Assembly: GCA_963666215.2 (NCBI GenBank)
Contig: CAXWPL010000005.1
Location: 128,001 to 192,000 of the forward strand
Direction of reading: 5' to 3'
DNA length: 64,000 nucleotides
From: Acidobacteriota bacterium
Lineage (GTDB): Bacteria > Acidobacteriota > UBA890 > WLXD01
The notes under the pieces were generated by a model. It was not told where the DNA came from. It saw only the letters and a list, made by a program, of their open reading frames with translations, and made no database searches. The translations under genes were made by a program, and so were the position numbers. The stretch's first letter is position 1. Every line of letters begins with the position of its first letter. This document shows positions 48,745-59,763 of the stretch, in pieces.

Positions 48745-50862
48745 TCACATGCGCGCGGGCACTTCGATTCCGAGCACTTCCAGTACAACGCCCAACTGCA
48801 CACGGGCGGCCGCCGTAATTGCGGCGCGCAGCCGGCGCAGATCCGGGTCCTCCTCTTGCAACACCGACTGGCCGTGATAGAAGCGGCTGAACTGCTGTGC
48901 CAGCGAAAACCCGTACTTCGCGAGCGACGAGATCTCGAGGGTACGTCGCGTCTGCTCGAGAATCTCATCGAGGCGGCCCAGGGCGAGCACGAGCTGCCAC
49001 ACGTCGCTCGACTCCTCGTCGAGGCGACGACAGAAACCCGAGTTGATCGAGGTCGCTGGCGCGCGTTCTATCTCGTCGGTCTCACCGATCTCGTCGCCAC
49101 CGCGCAGTGCGTCCGACACGCTCCAGCGAGCGCCAAAGCGCGCCCGAAGACGGTCGAAGATGCGATCCGCCCGCACGGTGGCGTACTGAATATACGGGCC
49201 GCTCTCGCCTTCGAAGCTCAGAGCCTCGTCGAGGTCGAACACGATCAAGGCGTTGCGGGTGTACTTGAGCAGGAAGTAGCGAGCCGCTGCCACCGCCACC
49301 TGCTGCCCGATCGCTTGGTGCTCGCCCTCCGTCAGCTCCGGATTGCGGGCTGCCACCTCGTGGGTGGCGCGGTGCTCGAGCTCGTCGAGTAGATCGTCGG
49401 CCTTCACTCCATGACCGCGGCGACCGGACATCTCGACGAACCGCGGCTTGCCGGACTCAGAGTCCTCGCCTGTGTCGCTGGTGTCGGCCTCGGGGACTTG
49501 TGAATTGACCTCGATCCCGAGCGCGGTAGCCGTATTCGGCGACAGCGCAACCATCTCGTAGTCCAGGTGGGTGAAGGCGCCGCCGTCTCCGAACAGCTTC
49601 AGCGACTGGGCAACGATCGCCTGCAGATAGGACTGCCGCACGTCAATGACGGTGATCGCCCGATCGGCACGACCATAGTCGCGAGACTCGCCCTCGGCGG
49701 CCGTGGTCTTCCAGACGCCAGGGTACCCGGAGACCTCACGGTACTTGAAGTCGCGGTCGAGTAGTCCGTATTTCCACATGTGGTAGGCGATGTCTTTCGC
49801 CACGTACGTAGCAACGCCGTTGGAGCGTACGAGTACCTTGTCGGCCTCCTCGAGATCCTCGAAGCCGTCGGTGCCGGACAGGCGCATCATCCAGCAGCCT
49901 TCGTGCTTGCCCGACTCGGCGTAGTAGAGGGCGCCACTGGCCTGGAGCTTGTCGAACGCCTCCTCCCAGAGGTTGAGCGTGAGGATGTCCCCTTCGCCCA
50001 CAAGAAGGTCGTACTCGATGCCCAGGCGGCCCATCGTTCTCAAGTGGCAGCTGACGATGCGTTCAACCACGACGGCCGCCACGGCGGCTTCGATGCCGGT
50101 CCGATTCTCGAGCGCGTGGAGCACGTGCCGCCGGCGCTCGGCAAAATCCGGCGCGTCGGCGAGCTTCTGGCCTACCTCGGTATAGACGTCCCAGCAGTAG
50201 TAATCGAAGGGCTCGGGAATGGCGGCGGTTGACGCCGCGTCGAGGCCACGCTCGTCGATCAAGCCGATCACGACATCCGCCACCTGAACGCCGGTATCGT
50301 CGATGTAGTTGTGAACCTCGACCTGGCCGATCGGCTCAGCAAGATGTCCCGGGTGGCGCAGCAGGCGCGCTACCGAGTCGCCAAGGCACGCATTGCGCAG
50401 GTGGCCGATGTGAGCCGCCTTGTTCGGGTTGATGCTGGTGTGCTCGATCAACACCTTCCCCGGAACCCCCGATCTCTCCTTGCCGGCGGCCAGATCTCCC
50501 GACGAGCTCGCTTCCGGCGCGGCCGGCGCAGTGTCCTTCTTGGGCACCACGAGCGAGGTCAGCAGCTCGCGAAGCGCCGCACCGCGATCGAGCTGGATAT
50601 TGAGGAACCCCGGGCCCGCTACTTCCCAGCCGCGAACACCCTCCACGGGATGATCTGCGAGCCAGCCCACGAGCTCGTCGGCCAACTGGCGCGGATTGCG
50701 GCCGAGGCCGCGGGCCAACTGCAGCGCCACCGGTGCGGCAAGGTCGCCCATCTCCGGGCGCGGCGCGTCGTTGATCTCCGGCACCTCGATCACCACACCG
50801 GTTATCTCGAGGACCGCGCGCTGAACGGCCGTCCCGATTCGTCGCCGCAGGTGGCCGATCAA
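48745..50862 (-). CDS. argS: Arginine--tRNA ligase
   Basis: AGPGFLN, EHTSINPNKAAHIGHLRN, YVAKDIAYH, MSGRRG, GESGPYIQYA and GIEVPARM. Confidence 0.96.
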   Translation of the reverse strand: MIGHLRRRIGTAVQRAVLEITGVVIEVPEINDAPRPEMGDLAAPVALQLARGLGRNPRQLADELVGWLADHPVEGVRGWEVAGPGFLNIQLDRGAALRELLTSLVVPKKDTAPAAPEASSSGDLAAGKERSGVPGKVLIEHTSINPNKAAHIGHLRNACLGDSVARLLRHPGHLAEPIGQVEVHNYIDDTGVQVADVVIGLIDERGLDAASTAAIPEPFDYYCWDVYTEVGQKLADAPDFAERRRHVLHALENRTGIEAAVAAVVVERIVSCHLRTMGRLGIEYDLLVGEGDILTLNLWEEAFDKLQASGALYYAESGKHEGCWMMRLSGTDGFEDLEEADKVLVRSNGVATYVAKDIAYHMWKYGLLDRDFKYREVSGYPGVWKTTAAEGESRDYGRADRAITVIDVRQSYLQAIVAQSLKLFGDGGAFTHLDYEMVALSPNTATALGIEVNSQVPEADTSDTGEDSESGKPRFVEMSGRRGHGVKADDLLDELEHRATHEVAARNPELTEGEHQAIGQQVAVAAARYFLLKYTRNALIVFDLDEALSFEGESGPYIQYATVRADRIFDRLRARFGARWSVSDALRGGDEIGETDEIERAPATSINSGFCRRLDEESSDVWQLVLALGRLDEILEQTRRTLEISSLAKYGFSLAQQFSRFYHGQSVLQEEDPDLRRLRAAITAAARVQLGVVLEVLGIEVPARM

Positions 50863-51527
50863 GTGCTCACCGCCGCGCCGCCGCGCCTGTCTGCCGACGC
50901 TCGTGCCGTTGCTCCTGTTGCGCTCTCGAAAGGCAGCTCGCCCTGCATGCGGAACGTACGCCGGTGGAACTCCGAGAAGCCCAGACTCATGATCGCCTCA
51001 CGGTGCCGCCGGGTTCCGTAGCCCATGTTCTGACCCAGCCCGTAGCCCCGCACGCCGCGCGCATACTCACCCATCAAATGGTCGCGCACGCACTTGGCCA
51101 AGACCGAGGCGGCGGCAATGGAGCGACAGCGAGAGTCCCCCTTGACGATTGACGTTTGCGGAATGTCGATATCGAGCTCGAGCGCGTCCACCAGCAGGTG
51201 GTCGGGCCGACGACGCAAACCCCCGATCGCGCGCCGCATCGCCAGGCGGGTAGCCCTGAGAATGTTGATGCGATCGATTTCTGCCGCCGACACGATGCCG
51301 ACGGCCCAATCGAGCGTGGCACGCTGCAGCACCTCGAATACCTCGGCACGCTGGACAGCGCTGAGACGCTTCGAGTCGTCCAGACCGGGCACACGGGCTT
51401 TGGGCCGCAGGACGGCGGCTGCCGCGAGAACCGGCCCGAACAGCGCGCCGCGTCCCACCTCGTCGAGCCCGGCGATATGCACCACGCCACTGCGCCGTAG
51501 CCTCGACTCGTAGGGTTGCGAACGCAT
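50859..51527 (-). CDS. rnhB: Ribonuclease HII
   Basis: GLDEVGRGALFGPV, DDSK, LLVDA, KGDS and SIAAASVLAK. Confidence 0.95.
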   Translation of the reverse strand: MRSQPYESRLRRSGVVHIAGLDEVGRGALFGPVLAAAAVLRPKARVPGLDDSKRLSAVQRAEVFEVLQRATLDWAVGIVSAAEIDRINILRATRLAMRRAIGGLRRRPDHLLVDALELDIDIPQTSIVKGDSRCRSIAAASVLAKCVRDHLMGEYARGVRGYGLGQNMGYGTRRHREAIMSLGFSEFHRRTFRMQGELPFESATGATARASADRRGGAAVST

Positions 51528-51574
51528 CGGCTTAGTGCCGGGACCGCGGCCAGCGGTTGGCCGGAGCTGGCACT

Positions 51575-51922
51575 CTAGTAGTTGCGGCGTTCCTTGATGC
51601 GGGCGGCCTTACCGCGCAGGTCGCGCAGGTAAAAGAGCTTCGCGCGGCGCACTTTGCCGCGCCGCACCAGCTCGATCTTTGCGATGTTGGGCGAGTGCAG
51701 CGGGAAGATGCGCTCCACGCCCATCCCTGACGAGATCTTGCGGACCGTGAACGTGGCCGTAGCGCCGCTCCCCCGCCTGCCAATCGTGACGCCCTCGAAG
51801 AGCTGGATACGCTCCTTGTTGCCCTCTACGACCCGCTGGTGGACCTTCACCGTGTCACCCGCCACGAACTCCGGGCAATCGTCGCGAATCCCGTCAGCCT
51901 CGACCAACCTCATTACGTCCAT
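51575..51922 (-). CDS. rplS: 50S ribosomal protein L19
   Basis: GDTVKVH, RIQLFEG, GVERIFP and [12 protein letters not shown]. Confidence 0.97.
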   Translation of the reverse strand: MDVMRLVEADGIRDDCPEFVAGDTVKVHQRVVEGNKERIQLFEGVTIGRRGSGATATFTVRKISSGMGVERIFPLHSPNIAKIELVRRGKVRRAKLFYLRDLRGKAARIKERRNY

Positions 51923-52013
51923 ATCTGCCTACTCCCAGCGCCAGCGGGCACAACAGCCCCGGCGGATCGAAGAATCAACGGCGGATTGTACCGCAGAGAC
52001 TCGGCGCCTGACG

Positions 52014-52772
52014 TCATTTTTTGTCGCCCGAATCCGCAGCCTCACCTCGGAGCCGGCGCAGCTCCTCGAGATCGAGCGGCGCCTCGGCCAGAAGATCGGG
52101 CCTCCGCGCGGCTGTCGCCTCGAGAGCCGCGCGACGCCTCCAGCGCGCCACGGCGGCGTGGTCACCCGATCGAAGGACCTCCGGCACCGTCCAGCCACGA
52201 TACTCCGCGGGCCGTGTGTAGTGCGGATGGTCGAGTAGCCCGTCGACAAATGAATCGAATCGTGCCGAGTCGGCGTCGCCGAGCGCGTCCGGCAACAGGC
52301 GGCACACCGCCTCGATGAGGACCATGGCGGGCAACTCTCCGCCTGTGAGCACATAGTCGCCAATCGACACCTCGAGGTCGACAACGTGCTCTCGAACGCG
52401 CTGGTCGACCCCTTCGTAACGGCCGCAAATCAGCGTCAACTGTGGGTGCGCCGCAAGCTCGACCACCCCTTCGTGCCGCAGCCGGCGGCCGCTGGGCGAC
52501 AGCAACACCACCGGCCCCGGCTCGCCGCCGCTTGCTGCGATCTCGGATCGAATGGCGTCAACCGATCGGCACAGTGGCTCGGGTTTCAGCACCATGCCGG
52601 CGCCGCCGCCGTAGGGCGCGTCGTCGACCTGACGATGCGGCGGCGGTGCCTGCTGACGCAGGTCGTAGGCACGGATTTCGAGGAGCCCGCGCTCGAGCGC
52701 GCGACCCACGATGCCCTCGCCGAGCGGACCGGGGAACATCTCGGGAAAAATGGTAACGACGTCGACCCGCAC
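52014..52772 (-). CDS. trmD: tRNA (guanine37-N1)-methyltransferase
   Basis: [33 protein letters not shown] and PHYTRP. Confidence 0.97.
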   Translation of the reverse strand: MRVDVVTIFPEMFPGPLGEGIVGRALERGLLEIRAYDLRQQAPPPHRQVDDAPYGGGAGMVLKPEPLCRSVDAIRSEIAASGGEPGPVVLLSPSGRRLRHEGVVELAAHPQLTLICGRYEGVDQRVREHVVDLEVSIGDYVLTGGELPAMVLIEAVCRLLPDALGDADSARFDSFVDGLLDHPHYTRPAEYRGWTVPEVLRSGDHAAVARWRRRAALEATAARRPDLLAEAPLDLEELRRLRGEAADSGDKK

Positions 52773-53390
52773 TCAGCCCGCCGACAGCGTGACTTCGAGA
52801 AGACCAGGAGGCAGATCGAGTGCCAGTTGGCGGTCCTCGGAGTCGGCCTCGATGAGCCAATCGAGAATCATCGGCACGAGCACCCGACCGGCCGCCGTCT
52901 CCACCTCCAGGACATCCTGAGCACGGCCTTCGAGCACATCGACGATGCGGCCGAGCTCGACGCCGGCGGCGTTCACCAGCGTCCAACCAACAAGATCGTC
53001 GACGTAGAACTCGTCGTCGCCGAGCGCCGGCAGCTGGTCCTCTGGCACCGCAAGCTCCGCATCGCGCAAGAGCTCGGCGTCGTTACGGTTGTCGGTCGAC
53101 TTCAGGTACAGGATCCAGCGTCCGCGGTGCCGTCGCGATCGGATGACCTCGACGATCTTTCGCGACGGCACGACTCCCTCATGCAGGCGCCGCGACCGCG
53201 TGCCGCGTAGAACCAGCTCGCATCCAGCGTCGAAGAGCCCGGCGGTATCGCCGATGGGGCCGACGACGACCTCGCCGCGAATACCGTGCGGGCGAACGAT
53301 GCGACCAATCGTCACCAGCGCCGGGGCAGCATCCTGCCCCGGCCCGCGCTCGCCGCCGTCTTGTTCGGTGGAGTTGGGATCTCGACTCAT
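52773..53390 (-). CDS. rimM: Ribosome maturation factor RimM
   Basis: GRIVRPHGIRGEV, EFYVDDLVG and VLVPM...LPPGLL; position between khpA and trmD. Confidence 0.93.
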   Translation of the reverse strand: MSRDPNSTEQDGGERGPGQDAAPALVTIGRIVRPHGIRGEVVVGPIGDTAGLFDAGCELVLRGTRSRRLHEGVVPSRKIVEVIRSRRHRGRWILYLKSTDNRNDAELLRDAELAVPEDQLPALGDDEFYVDDLVGWTLVNAAGVELGRIVDVLEGRAQDVLEVETAAGRVLVPMILDWLIEADSEDRQLALDLPPGLLEVTLSAG

Positions 53391-53472
53391 CGACGTCGGC
53401 CCGGCGGTCGGCACCTCGAGAGCACTTGGCTCCAGAATCTCGACCGTCTACTCGTAGATCCGTGTCGAGGAT

Positions 53473-53709
53473 CTATTCGAGAATCTCGAGAACAGTGCGC
53501 TTCTGGTGCTTCATCCCGGCGGCCGACAGTAGGGTGCGCATGGCCCGCGCCGTACGCCCCTGCTTGCCAATCACCTTGCCGAGATCGTCCGAAGCTACGC
53601 GCAGCTCGAGCACGGTTGTTTGCTCGCCCTGCACCTCGCTCACCTGAACATCGCTCGGATGGTCCACGAGCGACCGCGCAACCTCTTCAATCATGATCTT
53701 CAGCGACAT
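53473..53709 (-). CDS. khpA: KH-domain RNA-binding protein
   Basis: [17 protein letters not shown]; position between rpsP and rimM. Confidence 0.93.
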   Translation of the reverse strand: MSLKIMIEEVARSLVDHPSDVQVSEVQGEQTTVLELRVASDDLGKVIGKQGRTARAMRTLLSAAGMKHQKRTVLEILE

Positions 53710-53739
53710 GACTCGCCTCGTAGTTGACAGGTGAACGAC

Positions 53740-54183
53740 CTAGTTGTCGGCATTCTCTTCGCCATCGTCGCCAGCCTGCTCCGACTCCGCGGAGTCCGCG
53801 GATTCAACAGCTTCAGCGCCGGCCTCGCTCGACTCGGCATCAGCGCTCGCTTCGGCCGCGTTGTCTTCTGCTGCCATTTCAACCTCGGCGACGGGCTCCG
53901 CAGGAGCGACCTTCGGGCTCGCCTTCACCGCGGCTACCCCGGATCGGCCACCCTCAACACGTCGCATCAGGCTGCCGACCGTATCGCTGAGCTGCGCACC
54001 CTGCGCCACCCAGCTCTTCACCCGATCGATGTCCAGAACAATCTCCTCCGGCTGCCGCCGGGGATGGTAGTGCCCCAGAATCTCGATGAACGGGCCGTCG
54101 CGTCCTGCGGCGCGGTCCGCAACCACGACGCGAAAATGCGGGTCTTTCCTGGCGCCTGTGCGGCGCAGCCGAATGCTCAGCAT
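53740..54183 (-). CDS. rpsP: 30S ribosomal protein S16 with acidic C-terminal extension
   Basis: IRLRRTG, FRVVVAD, RDGPFIEILGHY and WVAQGAQLSDTV. Confidence 0.96.
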   Translation of the reverse strand: MLSIRLRRTGARKDPHFRVVVADRAAGRDGPFIEILGHYHPRRQPEEIVLDIDRVKSWVAQGAQLSDTVGSLMRRVEGGRSGVAAVKASPKVAPAEPVAEVEMAAEDNAAEASADAESSEAGAEAVESADSAESEQAGDDGEENADN

Positions 54184-54227
54184 CTGTTTGTGTTTCCTCC
54201 GTTGTGTGGGCTATCTCGGCACTTCGA

Positions 54228-55601
54228 CTAGCGCATGCCGGGAAGATTCGCCCAGGACATGCCGCGGCCGCCCTTCTTGCCGATCTTCTTGATCAGCTTG
54301 TGGGCTCGGGTGTACTGCTTGAGTAAACGATTGACATCCTGCACTTCGGTGCCGCTGCCAGCGGCGATCCGCCGGCGACGCGCTCCGTTGACGAGCTTGG
54401 GACGACGCCGCTCCGCCGGTGTCATCGAGTCGATGATCGCTTGCACACGCGTGATCTCGCGGTCATCCACAGCCGGAGCGTCGCCCATCCCCTGCATTCC
54501 CGCTCCCGCCATGCCCGGAACCAGGTCCATGAGTTGCGACAGCGGGCCCATCTTCTGCATCTGTTTGAGCTGCTTACCGAAGTCCTCGAGCGTGAACTCA
54601 CCGCGGCGCAGTCGTTTCTCGAGCCCGGCGGCCTCATCAACATCGACCTGTTCCTGGACGCGCTCGATCAGCGTCAGCACGTCGCCCATACCGAGAATGC
54701 GCGAAGCGAGTCGGTCGGGATGAAAAACCTCGAACTCCTCGAGCTTCTCGCCTACGCCAGCGAAATAGATCGGCGCTCCGGTGACACTCACGATCGACAG
54801 CGCCGCGCCGCCGCGACCATCGCCGTCGAGCTTGGTGAGGATGTGGCCCGAAAGCTCCAGCTCGGCTCCAAAGGCAGTCGCGGCTTCCACGGCGTCCTGC
54901 CCCGCCAGCGAGTCGCCAACGTAGAGGATGTGTTCCGGCTGCACCGCCGCGGCGATGGCTTTTGCCTCGCCCATCATCTCGGCGTCGATGTGCAGCCGTC
55001 CGGCGGTGTCGACCAAGAGCACGTCGTCGCCACGACGGCGAGCTTCTGCGTACGCCGCTTTGGCCAGGCCAACGGCATCGGCGGCGAGTCCGGCGGCCAA
55101 ACCGGCCGCCGTCGGATCGAAAGCTGTAAGACCGGCCTGCTGCGCGACGATCGCGAGCTGTTCACGCGCCGCGGGGCGTTGCACATCAACGGACACCAGC
55201 AGCGGCGAGCGCCCTCGCGAACGCAGCCAACGTCCGAGCTTGCCGGTACTCGTGGTCTTGCCGGCTCCCTGCAAGCCAACCATCATGACCACGTGCGGCG
55301 AACGACCGCTGAAACGCAGCTCGCTGCTCTCTCCGCCGAGCAGTTCGACCAGCTCATCGTTGACAATCTTGATGACCTGCTGCCCGGGAGTCAAAGAGCC
55401 CTGTACGTCCTGGCCGAGAGCCCTCTCCTTGACCGCGGCGAGAAATCGCTTGACCACCTGGAAGTGAACATCGGCCTCGAGAAGCGCCAGACGCAACTCG
55501 CGCGCCATGGTGTCGAAGGAGCGCTCATCGACTTTTGCTGCACCACGCAGGCCGCGCAGAGCGCCCTGTAGTCGCTGTGTGAGTTGTCCGAACATCGCCA
55601 T
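54228..55601 (-). CDS. ffh: Signal recognition particle protein
   Basis: GLQGAGKTT, DTAGRL, TKLDGD, RILGMGD and M domain SMTPAER...RIAAGSG. Confidence 0.97.
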   Translation of the reverse strand: MAMFGQLTQRLQGALRGLRGAAKVDERSFDTMARELRLALLEADVHFQVVKRFLAAVKERALGQDVQGSLTPGQQVIKIVNDELVELLGGESSELRFSGRSPHVVMMVGLQGAGKTTSTGKLGRWLRSRGRSPLLVSVDVQRPAAREQLAIVAQQAGLTAFDPTAAGLAAGLAADAVGLAKAAYAEARRRGDDVLLVDTAGRLHIDAEMMGEAKAIAAAVQPEHILYVGDSLAGQDAVEAATAFGAELELSGHILTKLDGDGRGGAALSIVSVTGAPIYFAGVGEKLEEFEVFHPDRLASRILGMGDVLTLIERVQEQVDVDEAAGLEKRLRRGEFTLEDFGKQLKQMQKMGPLSQLMDLVPGMAGAGMQGMGDAPAVDDREITRVQAIIDSMTPAERRRPKLVNGARRRRIAAGSGTEVQDVNRLLKQYTRAHKLIKKIGKKGGRGMSWANLPGMR

Positions 55602-55683
55602 GGCTGATCTTCTTCGAGTTCAGGCCTGTCTCGCGTCTAGAGCGCCGCTCGCGCTCGACGCGAGCGTTGATTCCCGCAAGCCC

Positions 55684-56886
55684 TCAGACCGACTTGAGCG
55701 TGTGCCCCAGCTTTTCCTTCTTCGTTTTCAGGTAGGCTCGTGTCATCTCGGTGGGCTCGATTTCCACCGGCAGCCGCTCCACGATCTCGAGTCCGTAGCC
55801 GGCAAGCCCGACGAACTTGCGCGGGTTGTTGGTCATCAATCGCAGCTGCTTGACGCCCAGATCGGTGAGCATCTGCGCGCCAATGCCGTACTCGCGCTGA
55901 TCGGGCTTGAAGCCCAGCGCGACATTCGCCTCCACGGTGTCGGCGCCCTCGTCCTGCAGCTCGTAGGCGCGCAACTTGTTGTGCAGGCCGATGCCGCGCC
56001 CCTCCTGGCGCAGATACACCAGCACACCGCGGCTCTCCTCGGCAATTCTCGTCAGTGCGGCGTCCAGCTGATCGCCGCAGTCGCAGCGCGACGAACCGAA
56101 CACGTCGCCGGTCAAGCACTCCGAATGGACGCGGGCCAGAACCGGCTCCGGTGTGGAGACGTCGCCCAGGACGAGCGCCACGTGTTCCTTGCCGTCGAGC
56201 TCGTTCTCGTAGGCGTAGATGCGGAAGTCTCCGTGCCGCGTCGGCAGCTCCGGTGACGCGACGCGTCTTACGAAGCGCTCGGTGCGCAGCCGATAGGTGA
56301 TCAGATCGGCAATCGCGATGATCTTGATGTCGTGCTCGGCGGCGAACTTCTCGAGGTCCGGAACGCGAGCCATGGTGCCGTCTTCGTTCATCACCTCGCA
56401 GATCACCCCCGAAGGGTGGAGGCCCGCGATGCGCGACAAGTCGACCGCGGCCTCGGTTTGACCGGCGCGTTGCAGAACGCCACCCTCCGCGGCGCGCAAG
56501 GGGAACATGTGCCCCGGGCGCGCCAGGTCGCTGGGAACGGTCGTGGGATCGATGGCCGTCTGCACAGTGGCGCAGCGGTCGGCGGCCGAGATACCGGTGG
56601 AAACGCGGCGCCTGGCTTCGATCGATACGCAGAAGGCCGTGTTGTACTTCGACGAGTTCTCCGAAACCATCAGCGGTACTTCGAGCTCATCGAGCCGTTC
56701 GCGGGTCATCGACAGACAGATCAGCCCGCGACCGTGCGTGGCCATGAAGTTGATCGATTCGGGGGTGATCTTCTCGGCCGCGATCGTCAGGTCGCCTTCG
56801 TTTTCGCGATCCTCGTCGTCGACGACGATCACGAAGCGACCGGCGCGAATATCTGCGACAGCATCCTCGATCTTGGCAAAGCTCAT
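55684..56886 (-). CDS. ribBA: Bifunctional DHBP synthase / GTP cyclohydrolase II
   Basis: [41 protein letters not shown] and TNNP. Confidence 0.97.
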   Translation of the reverse strand: MSFAKIEDAVADIRAGRFVIVVDDEDRENEGDLTIAAEKITPESINFMATHGRGLICLSMTRERLDELEVPLMVSENSSKYNTAFCVSIEARRRVSTGISAADRCATVQTAIDPTTVPSDLARPGHMFPLRAAEGGVLQRAGQTEAAVDLSRIAGLHPSGVICEVMNEDGTMARVPDLEKFAAEHDIKIIAIADLITYRLRTERFVRRVASPELPTRHGDFRIYAYENELDGKEHVALVLGDVSTPEPVLARVHSECLTGDVFGSSRCDCGDQLDAALTRIAEESRGVLVYLRQEGRGIGLHNKLRAYELQDEGADTVEANVALGFKPDQREYGIGAQMLTDLGVKQLRLMTNNPRKFVGLAGYGLEIVERLPVEIEPTEMTRAYLKTKKEKLGHTLKSV

Positions 56887-56892
56887 CGGTTC

Positions 56893-57516
56893 TTACCCAC
56901 TATGCCCGCCCGTGTCGACCTGGCCGGCATGTCCGCTGAGGAGTTGCGACACGTACTTGCCGAGGATGTCGACCTCGACGTTCAGGGCCTCGGCACGTTC
57001 GTCGTTGACCAGGTTGGTCCGCTCCAGTGTGTGGGGAACGAGCTGGACGTCGAACACATCCTTCCGAATCGAGGCGACGGTCAGTGATACCCCGCTGAGC
57101 GCCACCGAGCCCTTCTCGACCAAGAAAGGGCGCAGCCCGTCGGGAATCGTGAAGGTCATGCGTACGAACTCGCCCTCGCGCGCGACGGCCACGACGCGCG
57201 ACACGCCATCGACGTGGCCCTGGACGAAGTGTCCACCTAGCCGTTGTCCCACGGCCAGCGGGCGCTCGAGATTGACGGCGGTGCCGACTCTCATCTGCCC
57301 GAGGTTGGTGCGCGCGATGGTCTCCGGCGACACATCTGCCGACAATCCCTCAGGCGTCACGTGCAGCGCGGTCAGGCAAACGCCGTCGAGCGCCAAGCTG
57401 TCGCCCTCGCCGAGGTCGCCGAGCACGCGCTGTGCTTCGATGGATAGACGGAAACCACTCTCGAGGGGCTCGATGCGGGAGACGCGTCCAACTTCTTCGA
57501 TCAGGCCGGTGAACAT
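56893..57516 (-). CDS. ribE: Riboflavin synthase (alpha chain)
   Basis: MFTGLIEE, GVCLT, VNLER, GGHFVQGHVDG, KGSV and NVEVDILGKY. Confidence 0.96.
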   Translation of the reverse strand: MFTGLIEEVGRVSRIEPLESGFRLSIEAQRVLGDLGEGDSLALDGVCLTALHVTPEGLSADVSPETIARTNLGQMRVGTAVNLERPLAVGQRLGGHFVQGHVDGVSRVVAVAREGEFVRMTFTIPDGLRPFLVEKGSVALSGVSLTVASIRKDVFDVQLVPHTLERTNLVNDERAEALNVEVDILGKYVSQLLSGHAGQVDTGGHSG

Positions 57517-57637
57517 CGACGTGCATAACCTGCGGGCTACGGACCGAGCGCCGCTAGATCTGCCGATCCAGCGGGGACCTGATCTGGCCAGTTAACGAGC
57601 GTGTGGGCCGCGCCGTGAACCCTCTCCAGCGAACGAC

Positions 57638-58855
57638 TTAGCCAGTCGCTCGATCGCTCGGTGCCGAAGTTGGAGGCGTTGGCGGCCGTATGTACCCTTC
57701 GATGATCCAGTCCTCGCCCACTCGGTGATGACGGACCCGCTGCAGCCGCGGAGCATCTGCGAGATCGGCAACGCCGTCTCCACCCCAAAGCGGAAGTGCA
57801 TCCGCGCCACCCATGAGCATGGGCGCATAGAAGAGAAATAGCTTGTCGATTATATCAACCTCGAAGGCGCTGGTGAGCAGCGCGCTGCCGCCCTCGATCA
57901 ACACCGTCGCGATTCCGAGATCGGCCATCTGCACGAGGGCGGCGGGTAAGTCGACGCGGCCAGCCGCGTCGGGCTCCGTCACGAAGATCTCGGCGCCGGC
58001 CGCGAGCAAGGCGGCGTGCTGATCGGTTGCTCGGGCCGTGGCCGTACGCGCGGCGCTGGCAACCGTGAAGATCAGCACTCGGCCGACCTGCTCGTGCAGA
58101 ATACGAGCACCGGGCGGCGTCCGCAGCTGCGAGTCGAAGATAACTCGGCAAGCCGGTCCCTGCCCTGCCGCCTTGTCGGCGACGCGCGCGGTCAGTCGTG
58201 GGTCGTCGGCTAGCAGCGTGCCGCTCCCTACTACAACCGCGTCGCAGCCGGCGCGCAGCCGATGTCCGAATTGCCGCGCCTCGGCCCCGGTGATCCACTG
58301 CGACTGCCGCGTACGCGTCGCCATGCGCCCGTCGAGCGACAAGGCCGCCTTGGCAACCACGAAGGGCCGGCCGGACGCTTTGAGCATGAAGTAGCCCTCA
58401 TTGAGCTCGGCCGCTTCGCGCGCTCGCAGCCCGCTGCTCACCTCGATTCCGGCATCGCGCAAGAATCCGAAGCCGCGCCCGTTCACCCGCGGGTCGGGAT
58501 CAATCGTGCAGGACACAACTCGCGTGATCCCGGCCTCGACAATCGCTTCGACGCAGGGAGGCGTGCGGCCGTAGTGACAGCAAGGCTCGATATTCGTATA
58601 GAGCGTCGCTCCACGAGCCAGCTCGCCGGCCTCGGCAAGGGCGAGACGCTCGGCGTGCGCCTGCCCGGCACAGCGGTGATACGCGCGCGCAACCACCTCG
58701 CCACGCCCCACCACCACGGCCCCAACAAGCGGATTGGGACTGGTGCCGCCGCGCGCCAGGCCAGCCTGGCGCAAACACTCATCGAGGTGCTCGCGATCGG
58801 CGGCGACGGCGCGATTCTCGTCGTCGCGCGAGCCGCCACCTGGTTCGTGGGTCAC
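57638..58855 (-). CDS. ribD: Riboflavin biosynthesis deaminase/reductase
   Basis: PNPLVGAV, HAE, EPCCHYGRTPPC, SQWITG, DDPRLTAR and IEGG; GTG overlaps the ftsY stop. Confidence 0.95.
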   Translation of the reverse strand: MTHEPGGGSRDDENRAVAADREHLDECLRQAGLARGGTSPNPLVGAVVVGRGEVVARAYHRCAGQAHAERLALAEAGELARGATLYTNIEPCCHYGRTPPCVEAIVEAGITRVVSCTIDPDPRVNGRGFGFLRDAGIEVSSGLRAREAAELNEGYFMLKASGRPFVVAKAALSLDGRMATRTRQSQWITGAEARQFGHRLRAGCDAVVVGSGTLLADDPRLTARVADKAAGQGPACRVIFDSQLRTPPGARILHEQVGRVLIFTVASAARTATARATDQHAALLAAGAEIFVTEPDAAGRVDLPAALVQMADLGIATVLIEGGSALLTSAFEVDIIDKLFLFYAPMLMGGADALPLWGGDGVADLADAPRLQRVRHHRVGEDWIIEGYIRPPTPPTSAPSDRATG

Positions 58856-59763
58856 GCCCCGTTGCTCCCCAGCAAGCCGTCGACATAGGCGGCGGCGTCG
58901 AAGCGCTGCATATCGGTGGCACTCTCGCCAACGCCTACATATCGCACGGGCAGTCCCATCGAACGGGCGATCGCCAGCGCAACGCCACCGCGCGCGGTCC
59001 CGTCGAGCTTGGCCAGCACCAATCCTGTAACGCCGGCATGCGTGACGAACTGCTCGGCTTGCCGGAGTCCGTTCTGGCCGGTCGTGGCGTCGAGCACGAG
59101 GAGAACCTCGTGCGGAGCCCCCTGGATCACCTTCCCGGCCACACGGCGAATCTTGTCGAGCTCGGCCATGAGGTTGTCGTGTGTGTGCAAACGTCCGGCG
59201 GTATCGATCAATGCCAGGTCGTGTTGGCGCGCCAGCGCAGCCTCGCAAGTGTCATACACCACGGCCGCCGGATCGCCTCCAGCGCGATGCGCCACAACGG
59301 GAACTTCGAGCCTCCCTCCCCAAACTCGCAACTGCTCCGCAGCTGCCGCCCGGAACGTGTCGGCGGCGCCCAGGATGACGCTATGGCCCGCCACTGTAAA
59401 GCGCGAGGCCAACTTGGCGGCCGTCGTCGTCTTTCCTGTGCCGTTGACGCCGACGAGCAGCCAAACGCGCGTGCCCTGCCCGAGCATCGCCTCCGGATCA
59501 GCACCCTCGACGCCATCGAGGATCTCGGTCATTGCCGCGGCAAGAACGGTCGCAGCGCCGCCGTTCGCCTTCAGCGTGCTTTCCTTACGCAGTTGATCGA
59601 TGAGCTCGGCGACCGTGGTTGGGCCTACATCGGCGGCAATCAGAGCTTCTTCGAGCGACTCGAGCGCCGCGGCATCGAACGCCGACCCTGACGTCAACCT
59701 TGCCAAGGCGCCCGACAAGCGCTCGCGGCTGCGCGCCAGAGCGCGTGTCAGCAACCCTGCCAT
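58852..59763 (-). CDS. ftsY: SRP receptor FtsY (NG domain only)
   Basis: GVNGTGKTT, DTFRAAA, DTAGRLH, DATTGQNG and KLDGTARGG. Confidence 0.96.
   Translation of the reverse strand: MAGLLTRALARSRERLSGALARLTSGSAFDAAALESLEEALIAADVGPTTVAELIDQLRKESTLKANGGAATVLAAAMTEILDGVEGADPEAMLGQGTRVWLLVGVNGTGKTTTAAKLASRFTVAGHSVILGAADTFRAAAAEQLRVWGGRLEVPVVAHRAGGDPAAVVYDTCEAALARQHDLALIDTAGRLHTHDNLMAELDKIRRVAGKVIQGAPHEVLLVLDATTGQNGLRQAEQFVTHAGVTGLVLAKLDGTARGGVALAIARSMGLPVRYVGVGESATDMQRFDAAAYVDGLLGSNGA

Noticed and set aside
53391-53495. Degenerate echo of the khpA 3' end (TCGAGATTCT repeated) before rimM
   Set aside because: Only about 10 bp are identical, too short to call a duplication or att site
57517-57637. 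FMN riboswitch between ribD and ribE
   Set aside because: AGCCCGC and GCAGAUC fragments occur in the wrong order, and the GGGUGAAAUUCCC and AGUCCGGAUG cores are absent
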